The notes below the pieces were generated by a model that saw only the letters and a program-made list of their open reading frames with translations, had not been told where the DNA came from and ran no database searches. Shown piece after piece: positions 32,434 through 42,427 of a stretch of DNA of 64,000 nt. The DNA lies in the NCBI GenBank assembly GCA_977020255.1, contig CDROCS010005513.1, positions 1-64,000 of the forward strand, given 5' to 3'. A program made the translations under genes and the position numbers. How positions within the stretch are numbered: the stretch's first letter is position 1; each line of letters begins with the position of its first letter. The DNA is from Obrimoposthia wandeli. Taxonomy: Eukaryota.

Positions 32434-32620
32434 AGCTGTCATCAGAATTGGCAATAGCATGGATGCTGCTGCGTTTAGACCGCACCCGAATGGCCCGCAT
32501 TTCTTCTTGCAGCACTTTACATTGGGCGCGCACAATCGCCAGCTCAGTCTGCATTTCATCAATATTCATTAACGCTGAAGAGAGCGTACGCTTTAAACGT
32601 TGGCGGGAAATATCATTCAT
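32402..32620 (-). CDS. Small coiled-coil protein
   Basis: RBS AAGGGGG before ATG; heptad-like IDEMQTELAIVRAQCKVLQEEM; overlaps the mnmC stop. Confidence 0.5.
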   Translation of the reverse strand: MNDISRQRLKRTLSSALMNIDEMQTELAIVRAQCKVLQEEMRAIRVRSKRSSIHAIANSDDSSSVCCAPSPE

Positions 32621-32696
32621 ACAGCCCCCTTACTCACTATCAAAACAGATGCTCTGAGGAATTTAGACTGGCTAGTCATTAAGCGCTGGCGAGATA

Positions 32697-32975
32697 TTAG
32701 TGACTCGATTTCCAATCTTTACTATTAACAATTTGGCAGCTTTGACTGACAGGGTCAAACAATAGGGTTAAATGACCTGTTTTTAATTGCCCTTCAACCT
32801 GAGAGATTTTGTCCGCTAAGCTGCACTCAACCTCGCCATAGTCAGTACCATCGCGGCTAGCGAACTCTTCTACTATGCCTGCGAGAGCATCTTGCGATAA
32901 ACCTTGATAAGGAATTTCAATAACACCTGCTTCGTCGTCATCATATTCGGGTGGCGCACTGTGAAAATCAGACAT
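32697..32975 (-). CDS. YheU (UPF0270) family protein
   Basis: IPYQGLSQDALAGIVEEFASRDGTDYG...QLKTGHLTLLFD. Confidence 0.85.
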   Translation of the reverse strand: MSDFHSAPPEYDDDEAGVIEIPYQGLSQDALAGIVEEFASRDGTDYGEVECSLADKISQVEGQLKTGHLTLLFDPVSQSCQIVNSKDWKSSH

Positions 32976-33021
32976 TATAGTCCTTTGGGTGATTAAATTA
33001 GAAGGAATGCATCACTCGATA

Positions 33022-33474
33022 TTATGGGCGTAGAGAAAAATTAGATTCACGCTCCCACTCACACACCATTTTCAACTCACTATCACTCGGATTATGGCCT
33101 GCACCAGCACTTTCCCAAGAGAAGGTATGCTTACCCGAAAGCTCAGTTTCAAGGTGCACCGTCGCACTTGACCAATACATAGAACGTAACATCGCTTCAA
33201 AACGGCTAATCCAGCGCTCCCATTCATACTCAATAGAATTATACGACGCCGCAAAATGAACCAACTGGGTATGATAAGTACCTGAATAGACATCAGGTCC
33301 CGGCATGGCAAACATCTCACGTGAGAGAAACGGCCAATCGTCATCAAGACTAGAGGGCAATTCTTGAATGGCCGCCCAATTAGTTCGGCGACGGCGATAC
33401 GCTTCAAGCTCCCCTCCTGCTGGGATATCTCGAATGATACCGTAGACTATCGATTCTTGATCATAAGATGACAT
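33022..33474 (-). CDS. Conserved hypothetical protein
   Basis: 150-aa ORF (DQESIVYG, WPFLSREMF, HFAASYNSIEYEW, VHLETELSG). It resembles an uncharacterised family I recall from pseudomonads; not verified. Confidence 0.65.
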   Translation of the reverse strand: MSSYDQESIVYGIIRDIPAGGELEAYRRRRTNWAAIQELPSSLDDDWPFLSREMFAMPGPDVYSGTYHTQLVHFAASYNSIEYEWERWISRFEAMLRSMYWSSATVHLETELSGKHTFSWESAGAGHNPSDSELKMVCEWERESNFSLRP

Positions 33475-33641
33475 GGCTAAATAACCACCTAAAACATGAA
33501 ACTAATATATAAAAGAATATAAGCGAATCAGCATGATAAGTTATTTTTATAGAATAAAAAATGCCGACTGATTAAATAATATAGCTAAATATTATAATGA
33601 GCCGGCAAACAGGTCTATTTGGTCAAGTTTTGTACGAGTAT

Positions 33642-35441
33642 TTATTTATTCACAACGTTCAAAATTTTTGCTTGAACGTAACTACCTGGGGCATCTTCAA
33701 TAATCGTTAGCTTATTATCTCCAGGGACCCGCTTAGCAACTTGAACGTTATCTTCTTTAGTCGCCCAATCCTGCCAATCTGTCCACCAAGAACCATCATT
33801 TTGCTTCGCATCTTGATACCAAGCATCAGCGGTTTCTGGTAACGCATCATTGGTCCAATAACCGTATTTATTGGCTTCTGGTGGATTCACGACACCCGCA
33901 ATGTGCCCAGAGCCACCTAAAACGAAGCGTGATTTACCCGATAAATTCTTAGCACCGTCATAAGTACCTTTCCACATAGCAATGTGATCTTGCGCAGTCG
34001 ATAAGAAGTAAGTTGGAACTTTAACCGCTGAAAGGTCAATTTTAACCCCCGCTAATTCCAAACCATCTTTTTCTTTCAACTTGTTATGCAAATACATGTT
34101 ACGTAAATAATAAGAATGCATCGCTGCGGGTAAGTTGGTGGAATCTGAATTCCAATACAACAAATCAAATGCTGCTGGTCGCTTGCCTTTCAAATAGTTA
34201 TTAATAAAGAAAGACCAGAACAAATCCTTTTCACGCAAGGTATTAAAGCTAAACGCCATGGCGCGGCCATCAAAGTAGCCCACCGCATCCATTTGCTTTT
34301 CTAGTGCAGAAATTGCAGTTTCGTTAATGAATACGCCAATTTCGCCCGGATCTTTAAAATCAATTAACGTTGCCAAGAAAGTCGCAGATTTAATGCGCTC
34401 ATCTTTTTTCTTCTGTAAATAGCTCAACGTTGTCGCTAAAAGCGTGCCACCAACACAATAACCAATGGCATTAACCTCTTTCTCGCCCGTTGCTTTTTCA
34501 ATAGCATCTAGCGCAGCAACAGGGCCTTCTAACATATAGTCTTCAAAACTTTTATTGCGTAATCCAGGCCCTGGGTTAACCCAAGAAATACAGAATACGG
34601 TATGACCTTGATCGACAAGCCATTTTAGATAGGAGTTCTTTTCGCGCAAATCTAAAATGTAATATTTATTAATAAAAGGAGGGATCACTAACAACGGGCG
34701 CTTCTTAACCTTTTCCGTCGTTGGTGAATATTGAATCAATTGCATCATATCTGTTTGAAAGACGACCTTGCCTTTCGTGGTCGCTACATTACGACCTACT
34801 TTGAAAGCGTCCATATCCGTCATGGATATGTTTAGACTGCCACCTTGGCTTGCATCTAAATCTTTTAATAACTGTTCCATGCCATCCAATAAATTGGCAC
34901 CACCCGTTTCTAATGTTTTACGAATGACTTCAGGATTTAATCCTGCAAAATTGGTTGGCGATAGTGCACTAACAAGTTGACGCAATAAATAATCAACTTT
35001 TTGACGGCTTTTTTCTGACAAACCATCTACATCACCCACCATATCGGTTAATGACTTACTCTGTAGAAGATAAAACTGTTTAATGTAATCAAACATTACA
35101 TTGTCAGTCCACTCTGCATCATTAAAGCGACGATCATCTTTGGCAGGATGAATCACAGCCTCTGCTTCTTTACCTAAAAATTTTAACGCAGTATTTTGAA
35201 ACAACGCTTGCTGCTTTTGCATCAATTGAACTTGGTCAGCGACAACTTTAGTAGGGTTTCGATAAAAAGCATCACCCAGTTCTTCAAAAGCCTTACTAAA
35301 ATCATTCATGATTGAAGCAGAAGGGTCTTCATTACTGTTTTTTGGATTTGCTGCTTTTTCCCAAAATCGATAAGCTTGATCGCTGGCTTTCGTTGCCATT
35401 TCCATAAAATCGGTGATGGTGTTTTCAACTGACTGGCTCAT
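33642..35441 (-). CDS. phaC: Class I poly(hydroxyalkanoate) synthase
   Basis: DRRF, SPTNF, PPFINKYYILDL, lipase box GYCVGGT, DLLYWNSD, DHIAMW, SGHIAG. Confidence 0.95.
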   Translation of the reverse strand: MSQSVENTITDFMEMATKASDQAYRFWEKAANPKNSNEDPSASIMNDFSKAFEELGDAFYRNPTKVVADQVQLMQKQQALFQNTALKFLGKEAEAVIHPAKDDRRFNDAEWTDNVMFDYIKQFYLLQSKSLTDMVGDVDGLSEKSRQKVDYLLRQLVSALSPTNFAGLNPEVIRKTLETGGANLLDGMEQLLKDLDASQGGSLNISMTDMDAFKVGRNVATTKGKVVFQTDMMQLIQYSPTTEKVKKRPLLVIPPFINKYYILDLREKNSYLKWLVDQGHTVFCISWVNPGPGLRNKSFEDYMLEGPVAALDAIEKATGEKEVNAIGYCVGGTLLATTLSYLQKKKDERIKSATFLATLIDFKDPGEIGVFINETAISALEKQMDAVGYFDGRAMAFSFNTLREKDLFWSFFINNYLKGKRPAAFDLLYWNSDSTNLPAAMHSYYLRNMYLHNKLKEKDGLELAGVKIDLSAVKVPTYFLSTAQDHIAMWKGTYDGAKNLSGKSRFVLGGSGHIAGVVNPPEANKYGYWTNDALPETADAWYQDAKQNDGSWWTDWQDWATKEDNVQVAKRVPGDNKLTIIEDAPGSYVQAKILNVVNK

Positions 35442-35480
35442 TTCTTAATCCCTGAAATAACACTATAGATAAAAAGAATA

Positions 35481-35535
35481 AAAAAAACCGCAAGCAGTAA
35501 CTAACCATAAGCTGTTACTGAACAAGCGGTTTTTT
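35481..35535 (-). terminator. Intrinsic terminator between phasin and phaC
   Basis: On the minus strand an AAAAAACCGC...GCGGTTTTTTT stem with an inner CAGTAAC/GTTACTG arm and a U7 tail. Confidence 0.7.
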
Positions 35536-35549
35536 ATCAACTAAAGCAA

Positions 35550-35945
35550 TTATGCCGCTTTAGTAGTTTTAGCTTTGTTAGGAGCTGTTGCTGCAGCAGC
35601 TGCAGATGTTGCAGTACCACGAGCTTCTTCCATAATAGCTTCAACTTGATCTTTGAACTCTACAGCCATTTCAGAAAGAGACTTTGCATCTTCCATGATT
35701 TTTTTGTTAAGTTCAGTCGTTGCTTCAGCCTGTGAAGAAGAAAAAGAACGCATAGAATCAGCATCCTTAATTTCAGCAGCTTTTTTCATCTGATCAATAC
35801 CAGCGTCTGCATAAGACTTAATTGCATTCAGTTGGAATTCAGTCATTTTTTCCATATTGCCAACAAACAATGCACTAAACTTCTGCATTGGGCTATATAG
35901 GTTTTTAGTTTGCTCAGCAAATGCGTTTAAAATATTCTCTTGCAT
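35550..35945 (-). CDS. phaP: Phasin (PHA granule protein)
   Basis: Helical 131-aa protein, MEKMTEFQLNAIKSYADAGIDQMKKA, Ala/Lys tail; directly upstream of phaC. Confidence 0.85.
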   Translation of the reverse strand: MQENILNAFAEQTKNLYSPMQKFSALFVGNMEKMTEFQLNAIKSYADAGIDQMKKAAEIKDADSMRSFSSSQAEATTELNKKIMEDAKSLSEMAVEFKDQVEAIMEEARGTATSAAAAATAPNKAKTTKAA

Positions 35946-36101
35946 GGTCTTACTCCTTCAAGGGTTTGTTTTCCGTTATGGACACAAAGATTGTAGGCAT
36001 AAATATCTTACATTTATGTTACATATGCCACTAAAAGTAACACTAGTTTTATTAAAATAATCTTTTTGTATGAGTATTTTTTGGGTAGATGAGTAACAAC
36101 G

Positions 36102-36115
36102 TTGACAAAGATCAA
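36102..36115. promoter_or_regulatory. FNR/Anr-like box upstream of phaP
   Basis: TTGAC-AAAG-ATCAA matches 9 of 10 positions of TTGAT-N4-ATCAA; ~160 bp upstream of the phaP start. Confidence 0.45.
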
Positions 36116-36225
36116 CTTTTTTAAAAAGCGGACCTGTTATTACATTTCAATCGTAATTAGACTAGCAATTAAAACCAAAGAATTTAGAGTAAAACACCTA
36201 AAATAAAAGGATATTTCTTTTAATA

Positions 36226-36263
36226 TTAAAGCTATCACAAAGCATTAAAAGTGATAGCTTTAA
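36226..36263. promoter_or_regulatory. 13-bp inverted repeat (terminator or operator)
   Basis: TTAAAGCTATCAC-N12-GTGATAGCTTTAA, just downstream of the DUF6489-like gene. Confidence 0.45.
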
Positions 36264-36289
36264 CTATAGATAAATGTACCGCTAGGAAT

Positions 36290-36547
36290 TCACTTACCGC
36301 CCGACGAAGCCCCATTCATATAACCCGACATTAAATTCATAAATGTTTTCTGCACCTGATCAACTGATTTCATGTTCTCAGACATCATAGGCTTAAACAA
36401 ACTCATCGCATCATAGCCCTCTTCCCCAGACATCATTTTTTCCATCATGCCCTTCATGACTTCATTCTGAAATTCTTGCACATCAGGCAAGCCCATTGCG
36501 CGACGGAGTTCCTCTGGGGTCATATCAAATTCAATATTAACTTTCAT
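36290..36547 (-). CDS. DUF6489-like small protein
   Basis: MKVNIEFDMTPEELRRAMGLPDVQEFQ matches the family N-terminus as I recall it; ATG at 36547; Met-rich amphipathic C-terminus. Confidence 0.7.
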   Translation of the reverse strand: MKVNIEFDMTPEELRRAMGLPDVQEFQNEVMKGMMEKMMSGEEGYDAMSLFKPMMSENMKSVDQVQKTFMNLMSGYMNGASSGGK

Positions 36548-36641
36548 TACACAGTCCTTTGTTGTTATTTTAAATGCGGTTTTAATGTGAGTATTAATAC
36601 AAGCTCTACTATTAGTTTTGAAACTAATGAATCCCACCAGC

Positions 36642-37883
36642 TTAGCTCACATTGTTTCCTCGCGGCAAGCCATAATAAGCAATCACAGCGGTAGCCAAAG
36701 CCATCATAGCAGCCACAAAAAACACCCATACTGCACCATACTCTGCCCACGCAAGCCCTGCAAGATAGGCTCCCAATGCTCCACCTAAACCAAAACCTAA
36801 ACCGCTGTATAATGCTTGCCCATGCAACTGCAATTTGCCAGGGTAAAAAATGGCAATGTATTTAACCGAAACAACATGTAATAAACCAAAACTGAACGCA
36901 TGCAAGCATTGAGACAATACTAATATAAACCCATTATCAGCAAAGTAAGCAGTCATTAGCCAGCGAATGGCGGTTAATAATAATGATAGGATCACTAATT
37001 CTCGCAGTGACCAACGCTGCATAAACAACGCAATTTTCCAAAATATAACTATTTCAGAAAACACCCCTAATGACCAAAGTAAGCCAATCATCCAGTGGCT
37101 GTAATTTAATTGTTCCAAATAGATACTAAAAAAAACGTAATAAGGCCCATGGCTTATTTGTATTAATACAGTAATGACTAAAAAGCTGATTAAACCCCAA
37201 TTGATTCTCGCGGCAACTTGGTTATCGCCGCCCCCAAGATCGAGTCGTGCTAAAGAAGCGGATACTATTTCGTTGTCATAATCATCAGCCTTAGCATGTT
37301 GACTTAAAGGCTCACGTTTTTTCTGGGGTGCGGGTAATAAAAAACTATTGAATACAATTGCTAACATTAATACCAGCATGATTGCGGGCAAATAATTAAG
37401 GCTGATCACATCAAAAACCCAGCCCAATATACTGACGAGTATAATAAAACCGATAGAACCCCATAAACGGATGCTGCTATAGGCATCAAGGTCATTCTTA
37501 ATGTGATTTAAAGTAAGAATTTCATATTGAGGTAAAATAGCCGACCAGAAAAAACCATAAGCCAGCATAATAAGTGCGTAGTGCCAAAATTCTGTTGCCC
37601 AATAGATAGCAATAAAGCAGACCACCATAAGCACCCCACCCAAGCGCAATAATTGAATAGGGGAAATAAAACCTTCAACCAGGTGACTGATACTTGCCCA
37701 GATATTAGGCGCAAAAATACGAATACCACTGAACAGTGCAAGCAGAATACCAATATCGGTAATCTCAAACGCTTGCTGCTGTAGGTACAATCCCCAAAAA
37801 GGCATAATGCAGCCAATAAGAGCAAAATAAAGCCCGTAAAAGCCTGACAATCGCCAGTACGGCACTTTCAATGATACGCTCAT
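36642..37883 (-). CDS. MFS transporter (HcaT/MFS_1-like)
   Basis: About 12 TM; YFALIGCIMPFWGLYL, YSSIRLWGSIGF, HAFSFGLLH, GQALYSG. Confidence 0.85.
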   Translation of the reverse strand: MSVSLKVPYWRLSGFYGLYFALIGCIMPFWGLYLQQQAFEITDIGILLALFSGIRIFAPNIWASISHLVEGFISPIQLLRLGGVLMVVCFIAIYWATEFWHYALIMLAYGFFWSAILPQYEILTLNHIKNDLDAYSSIRLWGSIGFIILVSILGWVFDVISLNYLPAIMLVLMLAIVFNSFLLPAPQKKREPLSQHAKADDYDNEIVSASLARLDLGGGDNQVAARINWGLISFLVITVLIQISHGPYYVFFSIYLEQLNYSHWMIGLLWSLGVFSEIVIFWKIALFMQRWSLRELVILSLLLTAIRWLMTAYFADNGFILVLSQCLHAFSFGLLHVVSVKYIAIFYPGKLQLHGQALYSGLGFGLGGALGAYLAGLAWAEYGAVWVFFVAAMMALATAVIAYYGLPRGNNVS

Positions 37884-38003
37884 AGGAGTTCTCTAAATAG
37901 AAGTAAACGGTTCTAACAAGGGCTTTTAAGATAAGAAAAGCAGGTGCGCTAGACCCATGGGCATGAGTCTAGCTCGAAGCAAAAAGGCAACTAAGCCGTT
38001 AGG

Positions 38004-39107
38004 TTATTCAGCTTGGCCGTTAATAACAGGCGTTGTACAAATGACATCGGCATTTTGACCACGATGACGAAGAAAGTGATCCATCAATACAATGGCCATC
38101 ATAGCTTCTGCAATCGGCGTAGCACGAATACCGACACAAGGATCGTGACGCCCCTTAGTAATAACTTCAATCGGCTCGCCTGCGCTGTTAATAGAACGCC
38201 CTGGAATAGCCATACTTGAAGTAGGTTTCAAAGCGATATGAGCAATAATATCTTGCCCCGTACTAATCCCCCCCAAGATGCCACCCGAGTGATTGCTTAA
38301 AAAGCCCTCAGGAGTCATTTCATCACGATGCTCTGTGCCTTTTTGCGCAACACAATCAAAACCATCGCCAACTTCAACACCTTTCACCGCATTGATGCTC
38401 ATTAAAGCATGGGCGAGTTCCGCATCTAGACGATCAAAAATCGGCTCGCCTAGGCCTGGTTTCAAACCCGTTGCCGTAACCGTGATTTTAGCCCCAACCG
38501 AGTTGCACTCTTTACGCAGCGCTTCCATGTAGCTTTCCATCTCTGACACTTTAGAAGCGTCAGGGCAGAAAAATGGATTATTACGAACTTCATTCCAATC
38601 GAAATTTGCGTTATCAATCTTAATCGGGCCTAGCTGAGACAAATAACCACGAACTTCAATACCCTTAGACAATAAAAATTTCTTCGCCACTGCGCCAGCA
38701 GCAACACGCATCGCCGTTTCGCGCGCAGAAGAACGACCACCACCGCGATAATCACGGAAGCCGTATTTATGGGTATAAGCGTAATCAGCATGAGCCGGAC
38801 GGAAAGTATCTGCAATATTGGTATAATCTTTCGAACGTTGATCCGTATTCTCAATGATCATACCAATAGGTGTGCCAGTGGTTTTACCTTCGAAGACACC
38901 GGATAATATTTTTACCTGATCAGGCTCACGGCGCTGAGTGGTAAATTTAGATGTGCCAGGCTTACGCAAATCTAAATCATGCTGCAAGTCCGCTTCACAT
39001 AATTCAATACCTGGAGGGCAACCATCCACAATACAGCCTAATGCAATACCGTGACTTTCACCAAAAGTAGTCACTGTGAAACTTTTACCAAACGTATTAC
39101 CCGACAT
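38004..39107 (-). CDS. aroC: Chorismate synthase
   Basis: [38 protein letters not shown]. Confidence 0.97.
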   Translation of the reverse strand: MSGNTFGKSFTVTTFGESHGIALGCIVDGCPPGIELCEADLQHDLDLRKPGTSKFTTQRREPDQVKILSGVFEGKTTGTPIGMIIENTDQRSKDYTNIADTFRPAHADYAYTHKYGFRDYRGGGRSSARETAMRVAAGAVAKKFLLSKGIEVRGYLSQLGPIKIDNANFDWNEVRNNPFFCPDASKVSEMESYMEALRKECNSVGAKITVTATGLKPGLGEPIFDRLDAELAHALMSINAVKGVEVGDGFDCVAQKGTEHRDEMTPEGFLSNHSGGILGGISTGQDIIAHIALKPTSSMAIPGRSINSAGEPIEVITKGRHDPCVGIRATPIAEAMMAIVLMDHFLRHRGQNADVICTTPVINGQAE

Positions 39108-39167
39108 ATCTGTATCCGTTCTTAATTTTTTAAAAGATTTTTATAAGCTTACTGAATAATCAATTTT

Positions 39168-40130
39168 TTACAATTTTAGCGCTGCTGCACATTCATCGAG
39201 CTGGTCAGCCGTCAAAACGAATACCCCATGACCACCCGACTCAAATTCTTGCCACATAAATGGCACGCTTGGATAAGCGTCTTCCAATGCAGGCCAGCTA
39301 TTTCCGACCTCAACAATAAAGATGCCATCGTCGGATAAATATTCACGCGCTTCAGCCAGCATAATACGCACAAGATCCAAACCGTCTTCCCCCGCCGCTA
39401 GCGCCAACTCAGGTTCATTATGGAATTCTTCTGGTAAACAATCCATATCATCGGCGTCGACATACGGTGGGTTCGATACAATAATGTCGTACTTACCATC
39501 GGCCGCATCAAAAAGGTCAGACTGTAATGCAATAACTCGATCGCCCAGCTGATGGCGAGCAATATTTTCGTCCGCCAAGGCCAGTGCTTCAAATGAGATA
39601 TCCAGCAATTCAACATGGGCTTGAGGGAATTCAGTCGCACAAGCAATACCAATACAACCGCTACCCGTGCATAAATCCAAAATACGATGAACCGATTTAT
39701 TGCCTAGCCACGGTTGGAAACGCGCCGCAATGATTTCTGCAATAGGTGAGCGTGGAATTAATACGCGTTCATCGACAACAAAAGGTAAGTTATAGAACCA
39801 CGCCTCACCGGTTAAATAAGGCGTCGGCATACGTTCATTAATGCGACGCGCAAACAATTCAACAATCGCTTGGCGCTCAGTACGCGTTAATTTAGCATTT
39901 TGCCAAACATGATCGATGTTCCAAGGCAGATGCAGCGCGTGGGTGACTAACATAACCGCATCATCACGGGCATTATCAGTGCCATGACCAAAAAACAATT
40001 CCGCTTCGTTCATACGGCTCATGCCCCAGCGCAACATATCCTGCATGGTTGAAAGCTCATTTAAAGCCTCTTCACAGGCTTCAAATGATAATACAAAAGA
40101 GGATGTATCAGACTCAGAAATACTGGACAC
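39168..40130 (-). CDS. prmB: Ribosomal protein L3 glutamine methyltransferase
   Basis: FFGHGTDNA, LIPRSPIAE, LDLCTGSGCI, NPPY; upstream of aroC. Confidence 0.93.
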   Translation of the reverse strand: MSSISESDTSSFVLSFEACEEALNELSTMQDMLRWGMSRMNEAELFFGHGTDNARDDAVMLVTHALHLPWNIDHVWQNAKLTRTERQAIVELFARRINERMPTPYLTGEAWFYNLPFVVDERVLIPRSPIAEIIAARFQPWLGNKSVHRILDLCTGSGCIGIACATEFPQAHVELLDISFEALALADENIARHQLGDRVIALQSDLFDAADGKYDIIVSNPPYVDADDMDCLPEEFHNEPELALAAGEDGLDLVRIMLAEAREYLSDDGIFIVEVGNSWPALEDAYPSVPFMWQEFESGGHGVFVLTADQLDECAAALKL

Positions 40131-40223
40131 AGGCGCACCGAAGATAAAAATTTAGGCCCATATTCTAGCATTGAGGGGGCTATCCACCAAGCTTAGAAGC
40201 GGCTAGCTTATTGAATAGCCAGC

Positions 40224-41180
40224 CTATCGCTGGCCATACAAGCTACTATGTCCTTGCTCAAAAGCATCCAATGCTTCTTTTGCAATTTGGCGACCCATAT
40301 TAACCAATTCTTCCGTGCGATGAAAATCGTACATTTCGCCACTGGTTTTGGGGATTTTTATCAATAAATCTGGCGGATAACCGGCAATTTTATACTGACT
40401 CAAGGATGCCTGCATCACATCAAACATTTGATACAATATCTCAAACTTACCCAAGTTAGAGACGTTATTCTGCACTTTTTCTTTAACGTCGCCACCCAGT
40501 TCGCCATCACTATTAAACCAACCACTGGTTTTATTCACGATAGTATTAAGCCAATCGCTTTTATCCTCACCTTCCGCTAATACCAAATGCTCTTCTTCAG
40601 CACGTTCAATAAGCACAGGTTTGGGGATAGGCACATCAGCATTTAAGTCAACCGCGATGATAAAATCGGCATGAGCTGAAACAGACGCTGCAATAGGCAG
40701 AGGATTTAATACACCGCCATCTACAAACAAACTATTATTGCGCTTAACGGGCTGCAGTAATCCAGGAATAGCCACCGATGCACGCATTGCCTGCTCTAAA
40801 GAACCCCGCTGAAACCACACTTCTTTTGCATTGGACAAATCCGTTGCTACCGCAGTAAAAGGAATTTCTAACTCTTCAATTTGAATATCACCCAGCATTT
40901 CAAACAATACTGAAAATACCTTATCACCCCGAATAGCGCCGTTGCTAATAAAGCTAAAGTCGACCAGGCGTAATAAATCCATATAACTCAGTGATTTCGC
41001 CCATTGGTAAAATACATCGAGCTTTTTCGCACAATAAAAACCACCTATAACAGATCCCATAGAGCAGCCTGAAACTGAGATTATTTCATAACCTCGCGTT
41101 TCAAGTTCTTCAATTATGCCTATGTGTGCCATGCCACGTGCGCCACCACTACCTAAAACGAGCGCAACTGTTTTACCCAT
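40224..41180 (-). CDS. Patatin-like phospholipase (RssA type)
   Basis: LGSGGARG, nucleophile GCSMG, ASVAIPG, DGG. Confidence 0.88.
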   Translation of the reverse strand: MGKTVALVLGSGGARGMAHIGIIEELETRGYEIISVSGCSMGSVIGGFYCAKKLDVFYQWAKSLSYMDLLRLVDFSFISNGAIRGDKVFSVLFEMLGDIQIEELEIPFTAVATDLSNAKEVWFQRGSLEQAMRASVAIPGLLQPVKRNNSLFVDGGVLNPLPIAASVSAHADFIIAVDLNADVPIPKPVLIERAEEEHLVLAEGEDKSDWLNTIVNKTSGWFNSDGELGGDVKEKVQNNVSNLGKFEILYQMFDVMQASLSQYKIAGYPPDLLIKIPKTSGEMYDFHRTEELVNMGRQIAKEALDAFEQGHSSLYGQR

Positions 41181-41213
41181 TACTTCTTCCCCTAATACAT
41201 TACATTGTTACTA

Positions 41214-42185
41214 TTATTGGTGCCTTGGCCACAGCATGAAACGGAGCTGAGGCTGCAGGTCTTTTCCCGGTGGCAATGTTAATGCGCCATGACCAAATAC
41301 CGGTATTTCAAAATCCTGATAAATCGCGGCTCGTAGTTGCTGCGCCAAGCGAGTAGAACAGGCAAAGTTATCCGCCATATTATTTGCCTGGTAACAATGT
41401 ACCACCAAATAAAGTCGACGCTTCATCGTCACATCTAGGTTTTTTAGCGCTGATAAAAGCACCTCTGATTTTTTCTCATCAATGCGACCATCTACGGTAT
41501 TTAACCCTTCTAACCAGCCCGACTCTTTTTGTAGCGACGCCAGTATATTTTGGCTTTCAACATTATTATCGGTTAAAGCATCTGAGCTGGTTATTTGGTC
41601 GAGATTAAAATACAGTTTTTGCTTGCTGCGCTGCACCGCATAAAGCACATAAATACGATTAGGGTTACCCGGAATCATCGCCACAACATACGCCTGATTT
41701 GCATCTCGACCGTATAGTTTTGCGTTGCCAAAAATATCATTAGCCCAAAAATTACTGCTACCACAATCTAACCCAGAACAGCGATACATAACTTGAGCAC
41801 CCTGCCACTGACTTAAAAAGTACTCCAATATCTGCTCGACTTCATGATTAGTCGATATTTGCCAAAACTGACGATTAACATTACCCGTAATCAAACGCTC
41901 AACCTCACCAGACGTGGTCGCTCGTTTACGCTTTAATCCCGATAAGACTAAGCGGTATTCGGTATTGCTTACCTGAGTTTCTTCAATTAACTCAGCACGA
42001 GGAAAAGCCTCAACCGTCAGACTGCGAGTACTAGCATCAACTTGCGTTGACGATAGCACTAGCAAAGCCAGCAATAAGAATAAACCGCCCACCAATAGAT
42101 TTTTTAACGTCGAAAGTGGTTTCATTACTTGCTTATGGGAACTCATAACCGATAATTGCATCTTATAAACTCTTACAAAAAACAT
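41214..42185 (-). CDS. DUF4892-like exported protein (start likely nearer 42125-42150)
   Basis: Signal-like segment; YRCSGLDCGSSNFWANDIFGNAKLYG. Confidence 0.7.
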   Translation of the reverse strand: MFFVRVYKMQLSVMSSHKQVMKPLSTLKNLLVGGLFLLLALLVLSSTQVDASTRSLTVEAFPRAELIEETQVSNTEYRLVLSGLKRKRATTSGEVERLITGNVNRQFWQISTNHEVEQILEYFLSQWQGAQVMYRCSGLDCGSSNFWANDIFGNAKLYGRDANQAYVVAMIPGNPNRIYVLYAVQRSKQKLYFNLDQITSSDALTDNNVESQNILASLQKESGWLEGLNTVDGRIDEKKSEVLLSALKNLDVTMKRRLYLVVHCYQANNMADNFACSTRLAQQLRAAIYQDFEIPVFGHGALTLPPGKDLQPQLRFMLWPRHQ

Positions 42186-42211
42186 TTTTAACTAATTCAT
42201 CTGAGGTTACC

Positions 42212-42409
42212 ATGGCAGAACCAGAATGCCCTAATTGCAGCACTGAAGGTATTGAACATTTCAAATCTAAAGAAAGCCTAGAGCGTGCAAAGAATGGAAC
42301 CCCTTGGTTTATTTTAGACTATCGTGACGAATGCAGTCACGTACATCAAACTATTAGCAAACATGTCGCCGCCACATCAACGACCTCCTCTTTATTATGC
42401 CTACGTTAA
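42212..42409 (+). CDS. Small zinc-ribbon-like protein, possibly affected by errors
   Basis: CPNC near the N-terminus; the second knuckle reads RDEC rather than CDEC. The 3' end would read SFIMPTLK with one extra T. Confidence 0.4.
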   Translation: MAEPECPNCSTEGIEHFKSKESLERAKNGTPWFILDYRDECSHVHQTISKHVAATSTTSSLLCLR

Positions 42410-42427
42410 AATAGTACACAGCCTAAT

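Noticed and set aside
40224-41180. Patatin as the PHA depolymerase of the pha locus
   Set aside because: It is about 4 kb from the pha genes, upstream of prmB-aroC, and nothing in the sequence distinguishes it from generic RssA-type patatins.
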